DNA of 63,818 bases, the filler included, from an uncultured bacterium (GTDB lineage Bacteria > DAOPZR01): the NCBI GenBank assembly GCA_964637655.1. It is 4 parts of 4 records of this genome, joined end to end, with 100 filler letters (N's around TTAATTAATTAA, not from the genome) between each part and the next. Parts side by side here need not be neighbours in the genome. Positions count along the whole stretch, not along the records: positions 1 to 16,008 come from CAZWUZ010000051.1; 3 more parts are not named here. One strand, 5' to 3'. Position numbers and translations under genes: made by a program. The number at the start of each line of letters is the position of its first letter. Positions within the stretch are counted from its first letter, which is position 1. Positions 1-10,340 of this stretch are shown piece after piece. The notes beneath the pieces were generated by a model that saw only the letters and a program-made list of their open reading frames with translations, did not search any database and was not told the origin of the DNA.

Positions 1-69
1 ACCTGCGGGTGAAACCTGGCGTTGGCAATTATACCCAGATGCGGAATCGCTGCGGCCGACATCCTGTCG

Positions 70-98
70 TTGACGGCGGTCAGGCAGAGTGATATGCT
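70..98 (+). promoter_or_regulatory. sigma70-type promoter for the radical SAM gene
   Basis: TTGACG (70-75), 17-bp spacer, TATGCT (93-98), with extended -10 TG. Confidence 0.6.
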
Positions 99-234
99 AA
101 CCGTCACTATGTTCCGGTTCCCCCTGCGGGGCGCGCTTCCTTCTCGCGGCCACCTTACCATGCTGCGCATGGGCTCGGCCGCTCACAGTAGGATACGGTC
201 AGCAGCGGGAAAATGGCGCGGAGGCAGGGATTGA

Positions 235-1341
235 ATGTCCTATGGACTTCATTTTGCAATGTCGAATGTGATAGCGCGTCAGCACGCTGGCCTCCGCCGC
301 TGTAGCAATCTCGCCCTCTACAGTCTCGCCCTGCAGTCGCGTTGTCCTCCCCCATTTCTCGCCGTCCTCTGGATAACCGATCTCTGCAACGCGCAATGCG
401 CCATGTGCGGCATCTGGCGGACCAAGCCTAAGCGAAGTATTGAACCCGCACTCCTCGGCCGCACTATGCAGAACAGCCGGTATCTCCGGCAAGCGCCGAT
501 CTACGTCTTGACCGGCGGCGAGCCGCTGCTTCATCCGGCATTCAGCGAGATAACGACCTGCCTCGACGAGTATGCGCCGTACCAATTCCGCGCGGCGACG
601 AACGGCATCGGCACGACGATTATTCAGCGTCGGATCGAGGAGGTGCTCCGCGACTGCTCGGCGCCCTTCAGCCTCAAGCTCTCCCTGGACACCTTGGACG
701 CGACGCTCTTCGATCGAATCCGCGGCACGCGAGGCGGGCTTGCCCACTGGTTCGAGACTCTGGCCGTCCTGCGGGAGTTGCGCCGGGCGGCGCCACAGCG
801 TCTCCTCCTGACGCTCGGCGTCACGGTGATGCACGAGAATATCGGCGAACTCGATCGACTGCTCGATTTCGCCATCGAGCATGACCTCGATTTCTTCTTC
901 AAACCGGTGCAAGCCGCCATCACACTTCACTATCCTGAGATCGAATGTGGTGTCGCTCTGACTCAAGACGATTGGCGGCGCTATAACGAATTCCTGATCC
1001 GAATGAAGAATTACTACATGACGCACGGCCTGATTGCGCGAAAGCTCTACCTCGCCTATCTCGAGGTCATGGAAGGACTCTACGCCGGCCGGCCCTATCC
1101 CTATGATCCCGGCTTTCATTCGAGCGTGCATATTGATCCGGCCGGCAACGTCTTCACTGACATGGCCCTGCAGCAGGTGCGGGGCAATATAGCCGACCGG
1201 GACTTCGACGAGCTCTGGCAAGAGCTGAACGCGGACTATCGGGGATCGCACAACCAGGCGGTCGCGGCCGATCAAATCAATCTTTGCACCGGTGATATCG
1301 TGCCGGACTTGATCTGCAGTCGACTGCGTCTGCGACGATAA
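235..1341 (+). CDS. Radical SAM protein with degenerate SPASM/Twitch-like C-terminus
   Basis: CNAQCAMC (CxxxCxxC), TGGEPLL, TNG and SLD motifs; GGAGG upstream of the ATG. Confidence 0.85.
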   Translation: MSYGLHFAMSNVIARQHAGLRRCSNLALYSLALQSRCPPPFLAVLWITDLCNAQCAMCGIWRTKPKRSIEPALLGRTMQNSRYLRQAPIYVLTGGEPLLHPAFSEITTCLDEYAPYQFRAATNGIGTTIIQRRIEEVLRDCSAPFSLKLSLDTLDATLFDRIRGTRGGLAHWFETLAVLRELRRAAPQRLLLTLGVTVMHENIGELDRLLDFAIEHDLDFFFKPVQAAITLHYPEIECGVALTQDDWRRYNEFLIRMKNYYMTHGLIARKLYLAYLEVMEGLYAGRPYPYDPGFHSSVHIDPAGNVFTDMALQQVRGNIADRDFDELWQELNADYRGSHNQAVAADQINLCTGDIVPDLICSRLRLRR

Positions 1342-1684
1342 CTACCGCGGCCGTGCCGCCGGATTTACGAAGCGAACCACCTCGACCGAAGCGCCATACT
1401 GCGGCGCCGGCACGACGATCGTATCCGTGGCAATACAGTTTCGTCGAAGATGGTTTTGCAGAAACCGTCCGGATCGAAGAAGTCCATGTTGGTCGGGATG
1501 ACCCAGCATGCTTCGACATCAGCCAGGCGTGCCTTCCACTCCGCGAATTTTCTCGCCGCGATCCGCACGTATAGCAGTATCCCTCTGTCCACAAAGTTAT
1601 TGGACCACCGCCGCTGGCGGGCGGCAACGGATATTTTGCTGACGGGCGGCATAGCGGAAAAATCTCCCGGTCCGTGCCGTGCTG

Positions 1685-1693
1685 TGGTATAAT
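1685..1693 (+). promoter_or_regulatory. Extended -10 promoter element
   Basis: TGGTATAAT about 77 nt upstream of the ATG at 1770. Confidence 0.5.
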
Positions 1694-1769
1694 TGCACGG
1701 TAAGGATCGGGAGGCAGTCAGCAGGAGCGGAGGCGGAAGGGCTGAGCGCTCTTCCTGAATGGACCTGAC

Positions 1770-2735
1770 ATGCGGAAACTGACACTGGCTATCGGACTGA
1801 CGCTGCTGCTTGCGGTGGTGATGCTTGCCTCCGACTGGTATAACCGGAAAGCAGCGCCGCCACCGGCAACGCAGAAACGGCTCGCCATCGCGCAGTTCGC
1901 CCCGGAGGAGGGGTCGGCGGCGGCCGAGCGCGGTCTGCTTGCCGCGCTGGCGGAACAGGGGTGGCGCGAAGGCGACAACCTCATGGTGACGCGCAAGGAT
2001 GTCAACGCCATCATGAGCGCCATCCCGCCGCTGTTGCAGTCGCTCGACAGCGAGCGCTACGATGTGCTTGTCACCTTCACCACGCCGATGCTCAACGCCG
2101 CCTGCCGGGCGGTGCAGCACACGCCCATGGTTTTCGCCTACGTGACGGATGGCATTGCCGCAGGTGCGGGGCGCACGGATACCGACCACCTGCCGCATCT
2201 CACCGGGGTGTCGTCGTTCGACCCGGTGCCGGAGACGCTCGACCTGCTCCAGCGGCTCCTGCCGCGCGCGCGCCGGGTCGGCCTGCTGTACAATGCGGCG
2301 GATATCGCCGCGATGCGGGTGCTGACGGCGGCGGAACAGGAATGCACGCGGCGCGGTCTGGTGCCGGTTACGCTCGCGGTCGCGTCGACCAACGAGGTGC
2401 AGCAGGCGGCCCAGGGGCTGGTGGCGCGGGGTATTGATGTGCAGTGGTTCTTTACCGACAACACCGTCATTCAGGCGGCGCCCGCGGTCATGGAGACCAT
2501 GCGCCGCGCGGATATCCCGGTCATCGTCAACGAACCGTCGCTGTCCGACGGCAGCATCGCCTGTGTCGGGGTTGGCTGGGAGGGGGTGGGGCGGCGCGCC
2601 GGCCTGCTCGCGGCGCGTATCCTCGCCGGCGAATCACCGTCAGCCATCCCGCTGCAGCGGTATGTCAGTGTATCGGTGGCGCTGCATGCGGCTCATCTGG
2701 CGCGTTTCGGGATAGCGGCGGATACCGGCGCGTGA
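1770..2735 (+). CDS. ABC transporter substrate-binding protein (ABC_sub_bind family, putative aromatic amino acid binding)
   Basis: N-terminal hydrophobic anchor; PMVFAYVTD, LTGVS, RVGLLYN and TDNTV motifs. Confidence 0.8.
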   Translation: MRKLTLAIGLTLLLAVVMLASDWYNRKAAPPPATQKRLAIAQFAPEEGSAAAERGLLAALAEQGWREGDNLMVTRKDVNAIMSAIPPLLQSLDSERYDVLVTFTTPMLNAACRAVQHTPMVFAYVTDGIAAGAGRTDTDHLPHLTGVSSFDPVPETLDLLQRLLPRARRVGLLYNAADIAAMRVLTAAEQECTRRGLVPVTLAVASTNEVQQAAQGLVARGIDVQWFFTDNTVIQAAPAVMETMRRADIPVIVNEPSLSDGSIACVGVGWEGVGRRAGLLAARILAGESPSAIPLQRYVSVSVALHAAHLARFGIAADTGA

Positions 2736-3295
2736 GCGGCTTTGCGGCGCTGGTGCAGGCGCGGCGCAGCGTGCGCGCCTGCCGTCCTGACCCGGTGTCG
2801 CGCGACCTGCTCGATGCCTGCTGCGACGCGGCGCGCTTTGCCCCGTCCGCCTGCAACAGCCAGCCCTGGCGTTTCGTCATCGCGGATGATGCTGCGACGG
2901 TGGCGGCGCTGGCGGCGGCGGCGCGCGGCCCGCACGGCAGCGCGCTCAACGCGTTTGCGGTGCAGGCCCCGGTTATCGTCGCGGTCTGCGCGGAACAGGC
3001 CGCGCTCATCCCCCGCCTTGGCGGCTGGCTGCGCGGTACTGACTACGCCCTGATGGATTGCGCGGTCGCGGCGGAGCATTTCTGCCTGCGCGCGGCGGAG
3101 GCGGGACTGGGGACCTGCCTGCTCGGCTGGTTCAGCGAGCGCCGGGTGCGGCGCCTGCTCGGTCTGCCGCGACGGCAGCGGGTGGTGCTGCTCATCACCT
3201 GCGGCTGGCCGGCGGATGAAGCGCCCGCGACAAAGCTGCGCCTGCCGCTTGCTGCCATCCGCCGCTACCACAGTTGCTATCCTGACGGTAACTGA
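2732..3295 (+). CDS. Nitroreductase family protein
   Basis: RRSVR, APSACNSQPWRF and GLGTC motifs; GTG start overlaps the upstream stop (GTGA). Confidence 0.88.
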   Translation: MSGFAALVQARRSVRACRPDPVSRDLLDACCDAARFAPSACNSQPWRFVIADDAATVAALAAAARGPHGSALNAFAVQAPVIVAVCAEQAALIPRLGGWLRGTDYALMDCAVAAEHFCLRAAEAGLGTCLLGWFSERRVRRLLGLPRRQRVVLLITCGWPADEAPATKLRLPLAAIRRYHSCYPDGN

Positions 3296-3325
3296 CGCGG
3301 GCTGAAGCCCGCTGCTACCACGGCA
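3290..3325 (-). repeat. GTAG-type REP-like palindrome, copy 1
   Basis: Reverse complement contains GTAG-CA-GCGGGC-TTCA-GCCCGC; 36 bp identical to 3478-3513. Confidence 0.75.
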
Positions 3326-3353
3326 CACCGGCTGTCGGAATCATAGGCAATAG

Positions 3354-3460
3354 GCAACTATTCACCCTCATCCAACCTTCCCCCTCAGAGAGGGGGAAGA
3401 TCAAACACCCTCTCCCGCCTTTGGCGGGAGAGGGAAGGGTGAGGGTGGCTGAACAGTTGC
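3354..3460 (+). repeat. MITE/REP-like element, copy A
   Basis: Ends GCAACTATTCA and TGAACAGTTGC form a terminal inverted repeat; internal hairpins CTTCCCCCTC/GAGGGGGAAG and CCCTCTCCCGCC/GGCGGGAGAGGG. Confidence 0.8.
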
Positions 3461-3477
3461 GGTAAAAGGCAAGCGGC

Positions 3478-3513
3478 AACTGACGCGGGCTGAAGCCCGC
3501 TGCTACCACGGCA
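3478..3513 (-). repeat. GTAG-type REP-like palindrome, copy 2
   Basis: Exact direct repeat of 3290-3325. Confidence 0.75.
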
Positions 3514-3545
3514 AAGGATAATACCCTCGGCAGAACCGTTTGCGG

Positions 3546-4247
3546 TCAGGGTTTGCGGAAGGCGAGGAGCAGGTATTCGGGGAGTTCGGGCGGGTGCGGC
3601 GGCAGCGCGCTCAGCAGGTCAAGCCAGCCGAGGTTGTGCGCGCGCGTGCGGTAGTCATCGGCGCTGCGCAGGTAATAGGGCAAGCGCGTCTCCTGCAGCA
3701 GCAGTGTCCCCTGTTGCGGCGGCGGGAGGGTGGCGGTGAGGCCGGCAAAGCGGTCGTTACGCCGCGCCCGGTCGAGGACAAACGGCGGATGCTGCACGAC
3801 GATGACGCAGACCCCGCCGCGCGCCAGCAGCCGGTCGCACGTTTGCAGCAGGGCGCCCGCATCGGCGATAAACGGCAGCAGCATGACCGCGGTGATGATG
3901 TCGAATTCGCCGGCCGGCGGCAGGTCGCTGACCAGTTGCACTTCGGCGGGGAGTTGCGCACGGGCACGCGCGAGCATCGCACTTGACGTGTCGCAGCCAC
4001 TGACGCGGCAGCCGCGCGCGTGCAGTTCGCCGCAGAGCGCGCCGGTGCCGCAGCCGATATCGAGCGCGTCGCGCCCCTTCAATTCGGGAAAGACAAGGTG
4101 CAGAGCCGCGAGCAGCGGCGGCAGCAGAACTGCCGGGCTGTCAGCGTCAGGCGCGCCGGCCAGCGCATCCCACGGACTGCTGTCGCGGCGGAAGGTACAG
4201 GCGGCAGGGCGCGAACTGCGCCGGGTCGCGTCGCTGCCTTCCGGCAT
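3546..4247 (-). CDS. Class I SAM-dependent methyltransferase
   Basis: LDIGCGTG motif I, GCDTSSAML and FDII motifs; start uncertain. Confidence 0.8.
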   Translation of the reverse strand: MPEGSDATRRSSRPAACTFRRDSSPWDALAGAPDADSPAVLLPPLLAALHLVFPELKGRDALDIGCGTGALCGELHARGCRVSGCDTSSAMLARARAQLPAEVQLVSDLPPAGEFDIITAVMLLPFIADAGALLQTCDRLLARGGVCVIVVQHPPFVLDRARRNDRFAGLTATLPPPQQGTLLLQETRLPYYLRSADDYRTRAHNLGWLDLLSALPPHPPELPEYLLLAFRKP

Positions 4248-4252
4248 GCGGG

Positions 4253-5740
4253 TCAGCGGGCGGCAGTATCGGCGGCCGGCGTCGCGGCCGGCGCCGGCGC
4301 GGCGGCGGTGTCGGCGGCCGGAACAACGGCAGTGGTGTCGGTGACGGCCTGCTCATAGACCACGCGACTGGCGGTCAGCGCCGATTCCTCGGTCTGAATG
4401 CCGCCGGCAATGGTCGCGGTCATGAAGCAGGCGAGGCAGCCGGCGATCATTGCGCGCAGCCCGATCTTCGCGAGGTCGGAACGCCGTTCCGGGCAGAGCG
4501 CGCTGATGCCGCCGATCTGGATGCCGATCGAGGAGAAGTTGGAGAAGCCGCAGAGTGCGTAGATGGCGATGATGGTCGAACGCGGCGACAGCTTGTCGAG
4601 CATCGTCGACAGGTCGAGGTAGGCGACGAACTCGTTGATGACGGTCTTGGTCGCCATCAGTTCGCCCACCAGTCGCATATCCTCGCTGCGTACGCCCATG
4701 ATCCACGCCAGCGGGGCGAAACAGTAGCCGAAGAGGAGTTTCAGCGGCGACGGGGCGGTGGCTACCTCGGCGCAGAAACCGCAGACGGAACTGAGCGGCG
4801 TGAAGATGAGCGCGACGACCTTGTCGCCGAGCGCGATCAGCGCGATGAAGGCGATGAGCATGGCGCCGACGTTCATGGCGAGATGCAGCCCCTCGGTGGT
4901 GCCGCGCGAGGCGGCGTCGATGACGTTGGCGTCGATTTTCGGGATGTCGGTGTGCGTGCCGTCACGTGTCACCGGCACGTCGTCCTCGGGGCAGATCAGC
5001 TTGGCGAAGACCAGCGCGGCGGGAGCCGACATCACCGACGCCGCCATCAGGTGCCCGGCGATGGTCGGGAATTTGTCCATGAGGAACCCGACATACGCGG
5101 CCATGACGCCGCCCGCGACCGTGGCGAAGCCGCCGGTCATGATGCAGAAGAGTTCCGAACGCGTCATCTTCGCCAAATAGGGGCGGATGATCAGCGGGGC
5201 CTCGGTCTGTCCGACGAAGATGTTGGCGGAGGCGGAGAGTGTCTCGGCGCCCGACGTCTTCAGGGTTTTCTGCATCACCCAGGCGAACATCTTGACCACC
5301 TTCTGCATCACCCCGAGGTGATAGAGCACCGCCATGAAGGCGGCGAAGAAGATGATGGTCGGGAGCACGGAGAAGGCGAAGAAGGAACCGACATTGGCCA
5401 TGCTGCTGACGCTGGACGGCAGGAATTCCGTCATCGGCGCGAATGGCGACTCCATGCCGCATTTCGGCACACCGACCGGTACGTTGTTGTTGACGAGATT
5501 GCCGAAGACGAAAGAGGCGCCCGCCTTGGCGAAGCCAAGCAGCGCGACGATGACGTCGTTGACCGCGAAGAAGAAGGCCTTGCCTGCCTCGGTCTTGAGC
5601 ACGAGGAAGGCGAAGACGAGCTGCAGCAAAGTGCCGCCGATGACCACCCGCCAGGCGATATTCTTGCGGTTGAGCGACAGGCACCAGCCGATGAAGAGCA
5701 GCACCAGCATGCCGAGAAACGAGCGGAGCATCAGATCCAT
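4253..5740 (-). CDS. nupC: Concentrative nucleoside transporter (CNT/NupC family)
   Basis: VLPTIIFF, NIFVGQTEAPL, GFATVAGG, NEFVAY and CGFSNFSSIGIQIG motifs; AGGA RBS. Confidence 0.93.
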   Translation of the reverse strand: MDLMLRSFLGMLVLLFIGWCLSLNRKNIAWRVVIGGTLLQLVFAFLVLKTEAGKAFFFAVNDVIVALLGFAKAGASFVFGNLVNNNVPVGVPKCGMESPFAPMTEFLPSSVSSMANVGSFFAFSVLPTIIFFAAFMAVLYHLGVMQKVVKMFAWVMQKTLKTSGAETLSASANIFVGQTEAPLIIRPYLAKMTRSELFCIMTGGFATVAGGVMAAYVGFLMDKFPTIAGHLMAASVMSAPAALVFAKLICPEDDVPVTRDGTHTDIPKIDANVIDAASRGTTEGLHLAMNVGAMLIAFIALIALGDKVVALIFTPLSSVCGFCAEVATAPSPLKLLFGYCFAPLAWIMGVRSEDMRLVGELMATKTVINEFVAYLDLSTMLDKLSPRSTIIAIYALCGFSNFSSIGIQIGGISALCPERRSDLAKIGLRAMIAGCLACFMTATIAGGIQTEESALTASRVVYEQAVTDTTAVVPAADTAAAPAPAATPAADTAAR

Positions 5741-5776
5741 GGGGTGGAATCCTTTCCTCTGCAACAGGATGGGCTG

Positions 5777-5806
5777 ATGGTAGCACGCGCGCACGGGCAG
5801 CGTCAA
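5777..5806 (-). promoter_or_regulatory. sigma70-type promoter for nupC
   Basis: Minus strand TTGACG-N18-TACCAT with extended TG. Confidence 0.55.
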
Positions 5807-5827
5807 GCGCGGTATGCTATACTCAAC

Positions 5828-5948
5828 GCTGCTGTTCAGTCGCCCACGCATCTTGCAGAGTGACCCTTCCCGCGCCCGCCGCAGGCGGGAGCGGGTGGTT
5901 GCCTTCCCCCTCGGCGAGGGGGAAAGCTGGATGAGGGTGAACAGTTGC
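5828..5948 (-). repeat. MITE/REP-like element, copy B (inverted)
   Basis: Reverse complement begins GCAACTGTTCACCCTCATCC, has both hairpins and the CTCTGCAAGATGCGTGGG block shared with copies C and D. Confidence 0.8.
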
Positions 5949-5971
5949 TGCCCGCGCTCGGAGGATGGCTG

Positions 5972-6358
5972 ATGGCACGCGTGCTGTACCTGACGTATTG
6001 TTCACGGCGCAAGCGCCGGACACCGGAACGGCTCCCCGCACTGCAGCGCTACCGTTCGGCGCGTATCGGTGCGGTGGCGCGCGCGGCGGAGCGCGACGGT
6101 TGCGGCTTCCGCATCTTTTCGGGGAAGTACGGCCTGCTGCGCGCCACGCAACCCATCCCCTACTACGACCACCTGCTGCAGCCGGACGAGGTGCCGGCGA
6201 TGACGCGGCGCCTCGCGGCCGGCCTGCGCGGATATACCGCCATCGTTTTCTGGTATGCACCGGGCGATTACCTGACCCCGTACCGCGCGGCGCTGCGCAC
6301 TGCCGCGCGGCAGGCAGGGGTGCCGCTGCGCTGCCGCGCGCGCCGCACCTGGCGCTGA
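5972..6358 (+). CDS. Small DUF6884/YaaA-like protein
   Basis: CSRRK...A..RY...IFSGKYGLL...IPYYD pattern; GGAGG RBS. Confidence 0.65.
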   Translation: MARVLYLTYCSRRKRRTPERLPALQRYRSARIGAVARAAERDGCGFRIFSGKYGLLRATQPIPYYDHLLQPDEVPAMTRRLAAGLRGYTAIVFWYAPGDYLTPYRAALRTAARQAGVPLRCRARRTWR

Positions 6359-6359
6359 T

Positions 6360-9300
6360 ATGCTCCCCCCGCTGCAGTACGACGTCATTCTCGCCGGCTA
6401 CTGTATTGCGCTGACCGCCTTTGCTGCGGTTGCCCTGCTCGTCTCCCGCTCGAGCGAGGTGCGCTTCCCGTGGGCCTGGCTGAGCGGCTTCGCCGCGGCG
6501 CACGCGGCGAGTGTCGGACTGCACCTGCTCGGGTTCGCGATGATCCACCCGCTGCTCGCCGCCGGCCGCCTGCTGCTGCTCATCGCCTCGTTCATGCTGC
6601 TGCTCGAATTCACCCGCCGCGCCACGGCCGCGCTGGGGGGCGCCACCTTCGGACCCTGGGTGCATCTGCTGCCGCTGCTCCCCGGGTTGAGCGGTGCCTT
6701 TGGCGGCGAGCGCCCGTTGCTCACCACGGTTACGCTGATTACCGGGTGGAGTGGTATCGCCTGGGTGGTGCTGGTCGTGCTGCGCGTCTGGCGCATTGCC
6801 GCGCCCCGCCAGCAGCTGCTGCTCTTTGCCGTGCTCTCGGTGCTCGGCTTCTTCGGGCTGACGATGACCGCGCAGATGCTCGCGGTCCCCGGCCCCGCCG
6901 GCGTCTTTGCCGCCATGCTTGCCGATCTGCTTCCTCTGCCCGCACTGCGCACCCCCGAATTCTTCATGGCGGTGCTCTGGCTCTGGGCAGCGGCGGCGCT
7001 CTGGATCCAGGCGCATGCCGGGCAGCGCCCGATGCGCCTCGTCCCCTTCGGGCTGCTGCCGCTGCTGCTGGTCGTCATGGTCGGCGGCTGGCTGGCGGCG
7101 GAGCAGACGGAACAGTACGGGCGCCAGCTCAACGAGGAATTTCTGGTCGCGCGCACGCGCACCGCGGCCGCCGGACTGGCGCGCGACCTTACCGGTCGCC
7201 TGCACGGGGTGGCGGCTGACCTGCGCAATCCCGCGTTCTGGGAACTCTTCGCGCAACTCAACCATATCCGGGAGGTCAATCCCGACGTGCGCGACGCCTA
7301 CCTGCTCGGCGCGCGCGACGGGGAAATACTCTTCGTCGTCGATCCCGACACCACCATCTACACGCCTGACGACGAGGCACTGGTGGTGCCCGGTACGGTC
7401 TATGATGAAGCGTCGCCGGAGATGGCCGCGGTCTTTCGCACGGGCGAGGCGCTGGTTGAAGGGCCGCTCCCCGACCGCTGGGGGGTCTGGGTAACCGGGG
7501 TGGCGCCGGTGTCGGAAGCCGGGGCATCGCTGCCGCTGGCACTGGCGATGGACATCGATGCGCGCGACTGGCTGCGCACGCTCGGGCAGTACCGCATGTT
7601 CGCGGTGGTCACCGCCATGGTGCTGGCACTCTTCCTTATCGCCTCGTTCACCATCTTCGCCGTCTCGCGCGAATCAACCGACCGGGTGGCCGCTTCCGAA
7701 TCGCGCTTCCGGGTCATGTTCGAGAACGCCCCCGAGGCGATCATCATCTACAGCGCGGTTACCGGGCGCATCCTGCGGGCCAATCCCTTCGCACTGCAGT
7801 GGCTCGGCTACTCGCTGACGGAGATTACCGCGCTGACGCTTCCGGCTATCGAGACGGCGGGTCGCGAGAGCGTGCGTGCGGTGCTGCGCACCGGCATGGT
7901 CTTCGCCCGCGAGGCGCGCTATCGGCGCAAGGACGGCACCCTCGTCGATGTCGAGGTGACGCGTGGCGGCATCCGCTACCAGGGGGAAAACTGCCATCTG
8001 GCGTTCGTCCGCGACGTCACCGAGCGGCGGCAGGCGGAGGAGCGGGTGCGGCAGAGCGAGGCACGCTACCGCGCCATCGTCGAAGACCAGACCGAGTTCA
8101 TCGTGCGCCTGCTGCCTGACGGCACGCTCACGTTTGTCAACGACGCCTATTGCCGCCATGCCGGGCGCTTGCCGGCGGCACTGGTCGGCAGCGACTTCCT
8201 CACGCGCGCTGACGCGGAACTGCGCGACCGCCTCGCGCTGCTCGCGCCCGAACAGCCGCTGGTGACCGCGGAGTTCCGCCTCACCGGCGGTGACGGGGAA
8301 CGCTGGGAGGAATGGACGTTCCGCGCCATCGCCGCGCCCGACAGCGGCAGCGCGGAACTGCAGGCGGTGGGGCGTGACATCACCGCGCAGCGGCGCGCGG
8401 AGGAGGAACTGCGCGCGGCCAAGGCGGAGGCCGAGGCGGCCACCCGCGCCAAGAGCGACTTCCTCGCCAACATGAGCCACGAGATTCGCACCCCGTTGAA
8501 CGCGGTGATCGGCATGACCGGGCTGCTGCTCGGCACGCGGCTCGATGCGGAGCAGCGCGACTATGTCGAGACGGTGCGCGTCAGCGGCGACGCGCTGCTC
8601 GGAGTAATCAACGACATCCTCGATTTTTCCAAGATCGAGGCGGGACGGCTCGAACTCGAACAGGCGCCGTTCGACCTGCGCGACTGCCTCGAGGACGCGC
8701 TCGATCTGGTCGCAGTACGCGCGGCGGAGAAGGGGCTGGCGCTGGTGGCGCATTTCGACCCGTCGCTCCCGGCCGGGCTGACGGGCGATCTCGTGCGCCT
8801 GCGGCAGGTGCTGGTCAACCTGCTGACCAACGCGGTCAAGTTCACCGCGGCGGGTGAAGTGGAACTGACCGCCTACGCGGAGGTCACTGACGGGACCGCC
8901 ACGGTCACCTTCGCGGTGCGCGATACCGGCATCGGCATTCCCGCGGAGGCGCAGGCGAAACTTTTCACCTCGTTCACCCAGGCGGATACCTCGACCACGC
9001 GCAAGTTCGGCGGTACCGGCCTCGGGCTGGCCATCTGCCGCCGGCTGGTCGGTCTGATGGGCGGGCAGATTGCTGTCACCAGCACCCCGGGACAGGGGAG
9101 CACCTTCACCTTTGCCGTTGCCGCGCCGGTGGCGCCGGGGCATGCGCGTTCCGCTGAAACGGCAGCCCATGCGGCACTCGCGGGCTGCGCAGTGGCGCTC
9201 TCTGATGACAACGCCGCCAGTCGCCGCGTGCTGTACGACCTGCTGCGCACTGCCGGGTGCCGCGTGACTGACTGGGACGGATGTTCCCGCCCGGAGGCGA

Positions 9301-10340
9301 CACTGGCGGTCGCGGCCTTCAGCAGCGTCGGCGCCGCTGCCCGCGCGCAGGCCGCCTGCGCCGCCTGCGGCCCGGTACCCTGCCTGCTGCTGGTACCCCT
9401 CGGCGAGCGCCCGTCCGGCGGCTGCGGCGGCTGCGGCATCATCGCCCGCCCCGCCCGTCGTGAGCAGCTGCTCACCACGCTGGCCGCACTGCGTACCGGC
9501 AGCTGCCTGCAGGATGCCGCATCGGCCCCGGCGTCAGCGACCGCGCTCGCGCAGCGCTGCCCGCTGCGTATTCTCGTGGCCGAGGATAATGCCATCAACC
9601 GCAAGGTCATCCGCCTGCTGCTCGAACAGAGCGGCTATCATCCCGATATCGTCGAGGACGGGGCGCAGGCGGTGACAGCGGTGCTGGCCGGCGACTACGA
9701 CGTGGTGCTCATGGATGCGCAGATGCCGGTGCTCGACGGATTGTCGGCCACGTGCCGTATCCGCGCGGAGAAGACGGGCCGCCAGCCGCGCATCGTCGCG
9801 GTGACGGCCGGCGTGGCGGAGGAGGAGAAGCGCGCCTGCCGCGAGGCGGGGATGGACGACTATCTCCCCAAGCCGATCCAGGCGGCGGCGTTGCACGAAC
9901 TGCTCGAACGGCTCGCCCGGCAGGTGGCGCCGGCGGCAGCCGCCGCGCCGGCCGCGCTCCCCCCGCCGCCGTTCGCTGCCGACGGTGACTACGACCCGGC
10001 TGCGCTCGCGCAGATGACCGACGTCGGGCCGGACGGCGTGGCGGTGGCGCTCGAACTGCTCGGCATGTTCGCGGCCGACACGCCGGCGGCACTGGCTGAA
10101 CTTGCCGGGTTGCTGGCGCGCGGCGAGGCCGACGCGGTGCGCAAGGCGGCGCATGCGCTCAAGGGCGCCTGCGGGGTCATCGGGGCACCGGCACTCTGGC
10201 AGGCGGCACAGCGCGTCGAGTTTGCCGGCAAAGCAGGCGACCTTGCTGCCGCGGCAACCGCGCTGGCGGAACTGCGCGCCGCGTGGGAGCGTTTTCAGCC
10301 CGTGCTCAGCAGCGAGCAGCAGCGCCTGCAGCAGCTGTGA
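6360..10340 (+). CDS. Membrane hybrid sensor histidine kinase (multi-TM, 2 PAS, HisKA, HATPase, pseudo-REC, REC, Hpt)
   Basis: [15 protein letters not shown]-box, [32 protein letters not shown] receiver and AHALKGA Hpt motifs. Confidence 0.95.
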   Translation: MLPPLQYDVILAGYCIALTAFAAVALLVSRSSEVRFPWAWLSGFAAAHAASVGLHLLGFAMIHPLLAAGRLLLLIASFMLLLEFTRRATAALGGATFGPWVHLLPLLPGLSGAFGGERPLLTTVTLITGWSGIAWVVLVVLRVWRIAAPRQQLLLFAVLSVLGFFGLTMTAQMLAVPGPAGVFAAMLADLLPLPALRTPEFFMAVLWLWAAAALWIQAHAGQRPMRLVPFGLLPLLLVVMVGGWLAAEQTEQYGRQLNEEFLVARTRTAAAGLARDLTGRLHGVAADLRNPAFWELFAQLNHIREVNPDVRDAYLLGARDGEILFVVDPDTTIYTPDDEALVVPGTVYDEASPEMAAVFRTGEALVEGPLPDRWGVWVTGVAPVSEAGASLPLALAMDIDARDWLRTLGQYRMFAVVTAMVLALFLIASFTIFAVSRESTDRVAASESRFRVMFENAPEAIIIYSAVTGRILRANPFALQWLGYSLTEITALTLPAIETAGRESVRAVLRTGMVFAREARYRRKDGTLVDVEVTRGGIRYQGENCHLAFVRDVTERRQAEERVRQSEARYRAIVEDQTEFIVRLLPDGTLTFVNDAYCRHAGRLPAALVGSDFLTRADAELRDRLALLAPEQPLVTAEFRLTGGDGERWEEWTFRAIAAPDSGSAELQAVGRDITAQRRAEEELRAAKAEAEAATRAKSDFLANMSHEIRTPLNAVIGMTGLLLGTRLDAEQRDYVETVRVSGDALLGVINDILDFSKIEAGRLELEQAPFDLRDCLEDALDLVAVRAAEKGLALVAHFDPSLPAGLTGDLVRLRQVLVNLLTNAVKFTAAGEVELTAYAEVTDGTATVTFAVRDTGIGIPAEAQAKLFTSFTQADTSTTRKFGGTGLGLAICRRLVGLMGGQIAVTSTPGQGSTFTFAVAAPVAPGHARSAETAAHAALAGCAVALSDDNAASRRVLYDLLRTAGCRVTDWDGCSRPEATLAVAAFSSVGAAARAQAACAACGPVPCLLLVPLGERPSGGCGGCGIIARPARREQLLTTLAALRTGSCLQDAASAPASATALAQRCPLRILVAEDNAINRKVIRLLLEQSGYHPDIVEDGAQAVTAVLAGDYDVVLMDAQMPVLDGLSATCRIRAEKTGRQPRIVAVTAGVAEEEKRACREAGMDDYLPKPIQAAALHELLERLARQVAPAAAAAPAALPPPPFAADGDYDPAALAQMTDVGPDGVAVALELLGMFAADTPAALAELAGLLARGEADAVRKAAHALKGACGVIGAPALWQAAQRVEFAGKAGDLAAAATALAELRAAWERFQPVLSSEQQRLQQL

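Noticed and set aside
1586-1594. DnaA-box-like CTGTCCACA
   Set aside because: Single copy with two mismatches; compatible with chance
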